Below are positions 16,205 to 23,793 of a stretch of 24,399 nt of DNA, one piece after another. The stretch is from an uncultured Pseudomonadales bacterium. GTDB lineage: Bacteria > Pseudomonadota > Gammaproteobacteria > Pseudomonadales > Oleiphilaceae. The notes below the pieces were generated by a model. That model made no database searches. It worked only from the letters and a program-made list of their open reading frames with translations, and was not told the DNA's origin. A program made the translations under genes and the position numbers. Numbering within the stretch: the first letter of the stretch is position 1; each line of letters opens with the position of its first letter. The stretch spans positions 1-24,399 of the forward strand of contig CAYXVO010000002.1 of the NCBI GenBank assembly GCA_964467875.1, written 5' to 3'.

Positions 16205-18379
16205 ATGTCTAAATTCACAATTTTGCAGGCTTGCGTGCTGGGGATGGCCTGGAGTCACGCGGCGGTAGCCGCCGTGCCAGCCATGGCGCTGGACGGCGCC
16301 CCTGGCGAGACGGCCTGGCATGCCCTGGTCTGGGTGCTGCTGGCGGTTGGTTCGGTGGTGGCCAGCGCCCTGTTTATATTGGGTTACTTCAATCGGCGCC
16401 TGCGCCGGGCCGTGGATCAAAAGACCCAGCAATTGGTGTTGGCCAACGATGCCCTGTTCCGCCACACCACGAATCTGGTGGAAAAGGAACGGGCCCTGTT
16501 CCTGCTGAATCAGGAGCTGGAGCAACGGGTTGCAGAGCGGACCCAGGCCTTGACCGATATCAATGCCACGCTGCAGCGTGAAATCGAGGATCGGGCACGG
16601 CGTGAACTGTCGCTGCGGCTGCTCTCGAACGCAGTGGAAAGCTGTCGCAGCGGGATCATTGTCGCCGACGTGACCGGCGTTGTGGTCTACGTCAATGCCG
16701 CCTTTCTTGACCTCGTGGGGTTGACTCGCGACCAGGTCTGCCACAAGCCGCTCTCCGCCCTGCAGCCACGTCTGGAATTGCCGGATCTGGCGCTCTCCTC
16801 TTCCGAATCCAATACTCCTAGCCTGTTACGCAGCGAGCTGGAATGCTTTGGTGCCAACAATAGTCGTGCCTGGGTTCAGGTTTCCGTGTCGGGGATTCAG
16901 GATGGTCAGGGCCAGCGGACCCATTATGTGATCGCCTGTGAGGACATCACCCTGCTCAAGCAGAATCGGGACGAGATGGAACGGCTGGCGTTCTATGACA
17001 GCCTGACCGGCCTGGAGAATCGCCTGCTGTTCAAGCTGCGGTTGGAAAAGGCAGTGGCCAACGCACAGCGGGAAAAGGTTCGCACCGCCTTGATGTTCAT
17101 CGACATCGACCACTTCAAGCAGATCAATGACACCTTCGGCCATGACGCCGGTGATGAGGTGTTGCAAGCGGTGGCCGCGCGCATTCGCCAGAGCGTTCGC
17201 AATAACGACACGGTGGCCCGGGTCAGCGGTGACGAGTTCACGGTGCTACTGGGCGGGGTACATTCCAACGAAGACGTGCGCAGGGTGGCGCAGGGTATTC
17301 TCAAGACGTTGAGCCAGCCGGTGAAACTGGCCGGCAACGAGTATTTCGTGTCTGCCAGCATCGGCATTTCCGTGACCCCGGGCGACGGCACGGGCGTTGA
17401 CGAACTCATGAAGAACGCCGACCTGGCCATGTACGAAGCCAAGCGCAATGGGCGTAACAATTTCCAGTTTTTCTCCAAGCGACTTAATGAAGAAGCCAAG
17501 CGCAATCTGGATCTGGAGCAGGAGCTGCGGGCGGCGCTGGCGGACCGTCATTTCTTTATCGCCTACCAGCCGCGCATCTGCCTCAAGACCATGCGGCTGG
17601 CGGGGGTGGAAGCCCTGGTGCGGTGGCGTCACATCGAGCTTGGCACCCTCTATCCGGAATACTTTCTGGGATTTGCCGAAGACTCCGGCTTTATCGTTGA
17701 GCTGGGCAAGTGGGTGTTGTCGGAATGTAGTCTGTCGGCGCGGATATTGCGGGATGCCGGTTTCAGCGAGGCCCGCCTGTCGGTGAACGTATCGGCCCGC
17801 CAGTTGCGCGACCGAAGCTTGCTGGAGGACGTTGCCTATCTCTTTGGGCACGGTGACAACGTCATCAGCAATGTGGAACTGGAAATCACGGAAGCCTCGC
17901 TGATTGAAAACCACAGCGACAGCCTGCAGACCATTGAGGAGCTGCGGAGCATGGGCTTTACCCTGTCCATCGATGATTTTGGCACCGGCTACTCCGCACT
18001 GAACCATCTCAAGCGCTTGCCGGTGGATTTCGTCAAGATCGACCGCTCCCAGGTGGAAGGTCTCCCCACCGATGCAAGCAGCGCGGAGACGGTGCGGGCG
18101 GTCATCGGCATGGCCCATGGATTGAATCAGCGCGTGGTGGCGGAGGGCGTGGAGAGCCCGGCGCAGGTCGAGTTTCTCAAAGACCTCGGCTGCGATTATG
18201 CGCAGGGCTACTTCTTCGGCCAGGCGATGCCGCTACGGGAGTTGATGCGGCGCTATGAACCGCTCAGAGGAACTGGCAACGCCCAGCCGGTTGCGGGTTT
18301 GCCGGCTGAGAGTTTGCCGGCTGAGAGTTCGCCGGGCGTAGTGAGGGAGCAGCCCTGTGCGTCCGAACAGAGAGGTTAA
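16205..18379 (+). CDS. Membrane-anchored PAS-GGDEF-EAL protein (probable c-di-GMP phosphodiesterase)
   Basis: GGDEF domain: YDSLTGL.NR, DIDHFKQINDTFGHDAGD, RNND, ARVSGDEF. EAL domain: YQP, VEALVRW, LSVNVS, ELEITE, IDDFGTGYS, VKIDRS, VVAEGVE, DYAQGY. Confidence 0.95.
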   Translation: MSKFTILQACVLGMAWSHAAVAAVPAMALDGAPGETAWHALVWVLLAVGSVVASALFILGYFNRRLRRAVDQKTQQLVLANDALFRHTTNLVEKERALFLLNQELEQRVAERTQALTDINATLQREIEDRARRELSLRLLSNAVESCRSGIIVADVTGVVVYVNAAFLDLVGLTRDQVCHKPLSALQPRLELPDLALSSSESNTPSLLRSELECFGANNSRAWVQVSVSGIQDGQGQRTHYVIACEDITLLKQNRDEMERLAFYDSLTGLENRLLFKLRLEKAVANAQREKVRTALMFIDIDHFKQINDTFGHDAGDEVLQAVAARIRQSVRNNDTVARVSGDEFTVLLGGVHSNEDVRRVAQGILKTLSQPVKLAGNEYFVSASIGISVTPGDGTGVDELMKNADLAMYEAKRNGRNNFQFFSKRLNEEAKRNLDLEQELRAALADRHFFIAYQPRICLKTMRLAGVEALVRWRHIELGTLYPEYFLGFAEDSGFIVELGKWVLSECSLSARILRDAGFSEARLSVNVSARQLRDRSLLEDVAYLFGHGDNVISNVELEITEASLIENHSDSLQTIEELRSMGFTLSIDDFGTGYSALNHLKRLPVDFVKIDRSQVEGLPTDASSAETVRAVIGMAHGLNQRVVAEGVESPAQVEFLKDLGCDYAQGYFFGQAMPLRELMRRYEPLRGTGNAQPVAGLPAESLPAESSPGVVREQPCASEQRG
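18297..18335 (+). repeat. 15-bp in-frame tandem repeat (LPAES x2 plus partial)
   Basis: GTTTGCCGGCTGAGA at 18297 and 18312, then GTTCGCCGG. Confidence 0.9.
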
Positions 18380-18391
18380 GGCGGTTAAGGC
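18374..18391. repeat. Perfect 9-bp tandem duplication GGTTAAGGC x2 carrying the stops of both convergent genes
   Basis: GGTTAAGGC at 18374-18382 and 18383-18391. The + strand TAA is at 18377-18379; the - strand stop is at 18385-18387. Confidence 0.9.
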
Positions 18392-20085
18392 CGAGCCAAC
18401 AGTTCGTGCAGAATGGCTGGCCGCTTGCGTTCGATGAGCTGCTCCAGGTTACGGGCCACGCGCAGCAGCAAATGTTCTTCCCAGGGCCGACCAATCAGTT
18501 GCAGGCCAATGGGCAGTCCCTCCGGCGTGTAACCCACCGGTAGTGTCAGTGCCGGGTAGCCGGTGAGGTTGGCACTGGTGGCAAACCGCATCAGCTCGGT
18601 CAGCGCGCCCAGGTTGGATTCACCCGCCGGCAGGGCCTTCTCATTGATGCGCGGTGCCGCGATGCCGGTGGTGGGCGTCACGATGATGTCGACCTTCTGA
18701 AACGCCTGTTCGAACTGATCAATGGCGTAGGTCCTGATCTGCTGTGCCTTGATGTAGTCACGGCTGCTGAAGGCATGGGCGAGTGCCAGGTTGAGCCGGG
18801 TTTCCAGGCCAAAGCGGTGGCGTTCGCGACGGTAAGGGCCGTCGAGCGCGGCCAGCATCTCGCTGGCAATGGTCACCGTATGGGCCAGGCGTTGGGCGTC
18901 GAGCTGGCCGATCTCGATGTGGTGCATGGTGGCACCGCGGCTCTTGAGCCGCTCCAGCGCCAACTGGCAGGTCTGCACCAGATCGCGGCTGGCGTGGTTG
19001 AACCAGGGCAGGTACACCCCGATGCGGACATCATCGAGTTTGGACTTGAGGTAATCCTGCAGGTGAACGGCCGGCTGCTCCAGAGACCAGGGGTCGTGGC
19101 TATCCGGCCCCGCGATCAGGCTGTAGGCCAGGGCCACGTCGTCGACGCTGGCGCCAATCGGACCCACGTGGGCCACGCTCCAGCACAGGGGCGTGGCACC
19201 GAATTCGCTGACCCGACTCCAGGTAGGCTTCAGGCCCACCACGCCACAGAGCGCGGCGGGAATGCGCACCGAACCACCGCCGTCGGCACCTAGCGCGACC
19301 GGGCAGAGACCGGCGGCGACCGCCGCGGCCGAGCCGCTGGAGGATCCTCCGGTGTGGTGGGCGGGGTTATAGGGGTTGCGACAGACGCCGTAATGGGCGT
19401 TGGCGCCGGTCACCCCAAGACCGACCTCCTGCATGTTGGTCTTGCCGATCAACAGGGCGCCCGCCGCCCGCAAGCGAGCCACGGCGGTGGCATCCTGATT
19501 GGCCGAGGCGTCCTGCCCCAGCACCTGCGTGCCAACGGTGGTGGCATAGGGCACCAGGTCCAGCTCATCCTTGATCGCCACCGGCACGCCGTCGAGCACG
19601 CTGAGCGGGCGACCGGCCTGGATCCGGGCCAGGGATTCCCGGGCCTGGGCCAGAATGTTCTGCTCATTGAAGTTGATCACCGCGTTCAGCGGCTTGTCAC
19701 CGCTGTTGGATTGCCGGATGGCGGCGATTATTTTTTCCGCAATCGCGACCGGGGTGGTTTCTCCGGCGCGATAGGCGCGGGCATAATCAAAGGCGGTTGG
19801 TAACCGGAAGCCGGCTGCGTCTGGCACCTGATAATGATCATGCTGCAGCACCGCCAGCGAGGCACGCGCCTGCTCTGGATTGGGCGCGCGACCTGGCGGA
19901 TGCTTGGGCTGATGGGTGGGAGATTCCTGAATGTCTAGCGCCCGCAGGCGATGGAGGCCGCCTTCCTTGAGCATGGGCGATTCCAGCAGGCGTCGCGAAT
20001 AGCCGTTTTCCAACAGGCTGACCAAGGTCTTGAGTGGTTTTCCCGACAGTTGAGGGACTTTCAGGGACTGCAGGTCATACGGCAT
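18385..20085 (-). CDS. Amidase-signature family enzyme, fatty acid amide hydrolase (plant FAAH)-like
   Basis: Ser-cisSer-Lys signature: [21 protein letters not shown]...[28 protein letters not shown]. Start ATG 20085 with RBS AAGGA. Confidence 0.93.
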   Translation of the reverse strand: MPYDLQSLKVPQLSGKPLKTLVSLLENGYSRRLLESPMLKEGGLHRLRALDIQESPTHQPKHPPGRAPNPEQARASLAVLQHDHYQVPDAAGFRLPTAFDYARAYRAGETTPVAIAEKIIAAIRQSNSGDKPLNAVINFNEQNILAQARESLARIQAGRPLSVLDGVPVAIKDELDLVPYATTVGTQVLGQDASANQDATAVARLRAAGALLIGKTNMQEVGLGVTGANAHYGVCRNPYNPAHHTGGSSSGSAAAVAAGLCPVALGADGGGSVRIPAALCGVVGLKPTWSRVSEFGATPLCWSVAHVGPIGASVDDVALAYSLIAGPDSHDPWSLEQPAVHLQDYLKSKLDDVRIGVYLPWFNHASRDLVQTCQLALERLKSRGATMHHIEIGQLDAQRLAHTVTIASEMLAALDGPYRRERHRFGLETRLNLALAHAFSSRDYIKAQQIRTYAIDQFEQAFQKVDIIVTPTTGIAAPRINEKALPAGESNLGALTELMRFATSANLTGYPALTLPVGYTPEGLPIGLQLIGRPWEEHLLLRVARNLEQLIERKRPAILHELLARP

Positions 20086-20116
20086 CAATGTGTCCTTCGG
20101 GCGCACGGTGTACAAT

Positions 20117-20184
20117 CAGTCGCAAGCGGTACCAGTCGCAAGCTGTACATGAAGCAATCGCAAGCTGTATATGAACCAGTCGCA
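20117..20184 (+). repeat. Tandem repeat array, core CA(G/A)TCGCAAGC(G/T)GTA, in units of 16, 22 and 22 bp plus a partial unit
   Basis: CAGTCGCAAGCGGTAC (20117), CAGTCGCAAGCTGTACATGAAG (20133), CAATCGCAAGCTGTATATGAAC (20155), CAGTCGCA (20177). Confidence 0.9.
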
Positions 20185-20442
20185 GTTCGTGCTTGCGCGA
20201 GTCGCGACGGCTGCTTTAACGATACGCTGTCACTGACGTTTGCGGTAAACGGCTCGCGCTAAACCTCCAGCCAGGAGACGAGCTGACAGGATCGCGGATG
20301 CCATAGCCGCCGGAGCGGTCTTTTGTGAGTGCAAGGATAGTTCGCTCCTGGCTGATTCTCCAGGGGATTCTCTGGCGAGCGGGTGTTGAACGACGCGAGA
20401 CGTATCGCATCCAACGCAAGGTTTTTACGTGGGATATTATTG

Positions 20443-23100
20443 ATGTCGGTATCTGTTCCAGCGCGCATGCTGTTATTGGTGGTGTTCGGTGTGGCCTTGG
20501 CCGCCTGTGGTGGCGATAAGGATTCTGACCGCAAGGTGTTCAAGCAGCCCTTGGCCACCTTGAGTGGCGTGATCGGCATTCCGGCAGGGACTCTGGTGGA
20601 TCTTGATGTCGCCACGGATGACGATGGAACCAGTCTGAAGCGCAACAACGACTTCTCCAGCGCCCAGCGTATTCTCAATCCCGCCGTGATCGGTGGTTAT
20701 GTCAGTGACCTGCCTGGCCTATATGTGGTGCAAAACCAGGAGGGGCAGCCGAGTAACCGGAATTATCCGCAAGATCTGGCGGATGCGTTCAAGGTCAGGC
20801 TGTTTGCTGGCCAGACCCTGCAGCTTGAAGTGCATGATGCGGACGACGATCTGGTGTCAGCAAGCGGCGAGCCCAACCAGGATGGCCGGCGGCCCCGGCT
20901 CGCCCTGCAATTATTCCTTGAAGATGCCCCACAAACGGAGGTGGCCAGCGTCGCCGTGGGCGGGGCGCCCGAGGAGGTCGTCAGCGTGGGCCGGTTGACG
21001 GTGCCCGAGACCGGCGACTACTTCATCAGGGTCATGCCCCTGCCCAACCGGTCCGCCGACCAGGGTGGACCTGCTAATTATGTCTTGCGCCTGGAACAGA
21101 ACGTGGCGCCAAGCACAGCGTTGTCGGCGGTGGACGATTTTGTACCGGGTGAGGTCCTGGTGGCATGGGATCAGGAGCCCCCGACCAGCACCATGCGCAG
21201 CCAGAGCGCGCCGCTGACACTGGTGCAGGATGCAGGCCCGGTTCGCCGCATGCGGATCAATCATCCGGCGTTTACCAACACGGCTCGCAGCGGGACGGGT
21301 GGCGCCAGTGCCGCGCAGCTCCTTGAGCAAAAGCGAATCACGGTGGAGACGATTCGCGAGCTTCGCCGCCAGCCGGGCATCAAGTTCGCCGAACCCAACT
21401 ATATTCGCCGTGCGCTCGCCGTCCCCTCCGATCCCTATTACGCCCGCCAATGGCATCACGCCTTGATCAACCTGCCGTCTGCCTGGAACAGCAGTCAGGG
21501 TGAGGGCGTGATCGTGGCGGTGATCGATTCAGGCGTGCGTTTCGATCATCCGGACCTGGCCGGCCAGTTCGTGAGTGGCTATGACTTTGTCAGTGACCCG
21601 GACATCGCGCGGGATGGCGACGGCTATGACAGCAATCCGACCGACCCCGGCGATGAGGACGGCGGCAGCAGTTTTCATGGCACCCATGTGGCCGGTGTCA
21701 TCGCGGCACTGGCGGGCAATGGTCAGGGTGGGGTTGGTACGGCCCATGGCGCAAAGGTCATGCCGTTGCGAGTCCTTGGGCGTAAGGGCGAGGGGTTGGA
21801 TTTCGATGTGGCGCAGGCCGTACTTTATGCCGCCGGATTGGACAACGCCTCTGGGCGGCGGCCTCAGCGTCGGGCCGATGTCATCAACCTGAGCCTGGGC
21901 TCGCCCAGCGCTTCACAGACCCTCCAGGACGCGGTGGACCTGGCGAGCCGGGCGGGCGTCATCGTGGTGGCGGCGGCCGGCAATGAAAACTCCCCCCAGG
22001 TGGTTTTTCCGGCCGGGTACGCGTCGGTCTTCGCGGTCAGTGCGGTGGGGCCCGATAAAATCAAGGCACCTTATTCCAATCATGGCAGTAGCATCGATCT
22101 GGCCGCGCCAGGCGGTAATTTTAGGTTGGACATGGACAACGATGGCTATGCTGACGGCATTCTCAGCACCTGGGCCGATGACAGCTACGCCACGCCCCGG
22201 CCCGGATATGCCTGGATGGAGGGCACCTCCATGGCGGCGCCCCAGGTAGCCGGCGTGGCGGCTCTCATGAAGGCGGCGCGGCCCACCCTGACTGTGGCGG
22301 AGTTTCGCCAGTACCTGAACGAAGGCAAGCTGACGCAGCGGCTGGATCCGTCGAGCGATTACGGCAAGGGCTTGATCGATGCCTCCAAGGCCGTGTCGAC
22401 GGCGATCACCGGCGAGCCCAAGGCTATTCTGACAGCATTTCCCGGTTCTCTGGTGTTTGAAGGGCTGAAGGATAATGCGGAGTTGACGTTGGATAATGGT
22501 GGCAGCAACACCTTGCCGCTGACGTTGCAGGGGGCACCCGTGGTTGAGGACGGCGGATTGGGTTGGCTGAGCGTCATGCCGGTGGACGTCAGCGCCGAAG
22601 GGCTGGGACGCTACCTCGTCAGCATTGACCGCTCGGACTTTGTTCCGGGCGTGAGCTATTCCGGGCGGATTCTCGCCCAGTCCAGTGCCGGACCGGTGGA
22701 AATACCGGTTGTGGCGCGGGAGCCTGACCCGGAACGGGTTGCCAATGCCGGCACCCAATTTCTGCTGTTGCTGGATGCGGAGACCTTCCAGCCGGTGCGC
22801 TCGCTGGTGCTGGATCCGCCCCAGAATGGGTTCTATAACTTCACCCTGGAAAATGTGCCGCACGGCCGCTATACGCTGATGGTATCGTCGGACCTGGATA
22901 ACGATCTGCAGCTCTGTGACGGTGGTGAAGCCTGCGGCCTGTATCCGGTCGGCCAACAGCAGGTTTTCCGGGTGCCGGAGGATGTGGGTCAACCGCTGCT
23001 GTTTAATACCGGTTTCCACTCCGGTCTGGGCAGCCGTGCTTTGTCCGTGGATGCCGAGCCTGCCCCCGCCCCCGCAAGATTTCAGAGGATTCAACCATGA
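20443..23100 (+). CDS. Lipoprotein subtilisin-like (S8) serine protease with accessory domains
   Basis: Lipobox LAAC (Cys22 from ATG 20443). Catalytic triad VAVIDSG (D codon 21526), HGTHVAG (H codon 21676) and GTSMAAP (S codon 22228); oxyanion AAAGN; acidic loop DGDGYDSNPTDPGD; propeptide-like FVPGEVLV...AEPNY. Confidence 0.95.
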   Translation: MSVSVPARMLLLVVFGVALAACGGDKDSDRKVFKQPLATLSGVIGIPAGTLVDLDVATDDDGTSLKRNNDFSSAQRILNPAVIGGYVSDLPGLYVVQNQEGQPSNRNYPQDLADAFKVRLFAGQTLQLEVHDADDDLVSASGEPNQDGRRPRLALQLFLEDAPQTEVASVAVGGAPEEVVSVGRLTVPETGDYFIRVMPLPNRSADQGGPANYVLRLEQNVAPSTALSAVDDFVPGEVLVAWDQEPPTSTMRSQSAPLTLVQDAGPVRRMRINHPAFTNTARSGTGGASAAQLLEQKRITVETIRELRRQPGIKFAEPNYIRRALAVPSDPYYARQWHHALINLPSAWNSSQGEGVIVAVIDSGVRFDHPDLAGQFVSGYDFVSDPDIARDGDGYDSNPTDPGDEDGGSSFHGTHVAGVIAALAGNGQGGVGTAHGAKVMPLRVLGRKGEGLDFDVAQAVLYAAGLDNASGRRPQRRADVINLSLGSPSASQTLQDAVDLASRAGVIVVAAAGNENSPQVVFPAGYASVFAVSAVGPDKIKAPYSNHGSSIDLAAPGGNFRLDMDNDGYADGILSTWADDSYATPRPGYAWMEGTSMAAPQVAGVAALMKAARPTLTVAEFRQYLNEGKLTQRLDPSSDYGKGLIDASKAVSTAITGEPKAILTAFPGSLVFEGLKDNAELTLDNGGSNTLPLTLQGAPVVEDGGLGWLSVMPVDVSAEGLGRYLVSIDRSDFVPGVSYSGRILAQSSAGPVEIPVVAREPDPERVANAGTQFLLLLDAETFQPVRSLVLDPPQNGFYNFTLENVPHGRYTLMVSSDLDNDLQLCDGGEACGLYPVGQQQVFRVPEDVGQPLLFNTGFHSGLGSRALSVDAEPAPAPARFQRIQP

Positions 23101-23684
23101 TGCGAGCCTCTAATCGCCGCACAGCGCTTCGGGTCCGGGTCCCTGCACAGAAAGGGATCGGGCTGTTTATCCTCGGCAGCATGCTGCTGGGCTGTCAGGC
23201 CGATGAACTGGTGTTCCCGACCCAGAGCCAGCCCCAGGGGCTGGTGGGCGAGCAACTGTTTGTGGGGCAGCGCTGCGCCATGAAGCAGGCGGGCATTCAG
23301 TGGCTGGATTCCGAGGCGGACTGGCGGCGCCATCAGAGCGCCGCACCGCGCCAGGTTATTGTGCTGGACGACACCGTGCCGTCTCCGACGGACAAGCCGG
23401 CCATCGATTTCACCACCCACGCAGTCGTTATCGTGGGGCTGGGACAGAAGCCCAGCGGCGGCTATGCCGTCATGCTCGGTGCCGAAGGCGTGCAGCGCGC
23501 CGGCGACAGGCTGCTGGTTCATGTGCGGGTGGAGGAGCCGGCAGCGGACGCCTTCGTCACCCAAGCCCTGACCGCGCCCTGCGTCGCCGTAAAGGTGCCG
23601 CGCGTAAAAGTGCAGACCCTGCGTGCCCTGGATCAAAACGGACAGGTCATCGCGGAGGCCGCTCGGGCGGCAGGCCAAGGTTGA
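23097..23684 (+). CDS. PrcB-family protease-complex lipoprotein
   Basis: Lipobox LLGC. C-terminal IDFTTHAVVIVGLGQKPSGGYAV...VTQALTAPCVAVKVP matches the PrcB C-terminal pattern as recalled. ATGA overlap with the S8 stop, and RBS AGAGGA. Confidence 0.85.
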   Translation: MMRASNRRTALRVRVPAQKGIGLFILGSMLLGCQADELVFPTQSQPQGLVGEQLFVGQRCAMKQAGIQWLDSEADWRRHQSAAPRQVIVLDDTVPSPTDKPAIDFTTHAVVIVGLGQKPSGGYAVMLGAEGVQRAGDRLLVHVRVEEPAADAFVTQALTAPCVAVKVPRVKVQTLRALDQNGQVIAEAARAAGQG

Positions 23685-23708
23685 CCTTTGACCGACTTGC
23701 GATAAGCT
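23681..23708 (+). promoter_or_regulatory. Putative sigma70 promoter for parE
   Basis: TTGACC (23681-23686), 16-bp spacer, TAAGCT (23703-23708). A second TTGACC sits at 23688. Confidence 0.4.
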
Positions 23709-23793
23709 ACCTGTTAATTCATCCAGCCAATCGAATACGCCATCTTCCGGCGCGCCGCCTGTATCCGGCGTGGCCAAGCATTCAGGAGTCACT

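Noticed and set aside
17246-18118. 290-aa - strand ORF
   Set aside because: Antisense shadow of the EAL domain.
20200-20442. Known riboswitch (c-di-GMP-I, glycine, cobalamin, TPP) in the S8 leader
   Set aside because: The conserved core motifs could not be matched by eye on either strand. An Rfam scan would settle it.
21913-23094. 393-aa antisense ORF
   Set aside because: Shadow frame of the S8 protease. It has no recognisable motifs, and such ORFs are typical of GC-rich coding DNA.
23145-23168. Type IV prepilin-like cleavage site (AQKG-IGLF) in the PrcB-family leader
   Set aside because: It lacks the conserved Glu at +5 and Ser/Thr at +2. The LLGC lipobox is the better explanation.
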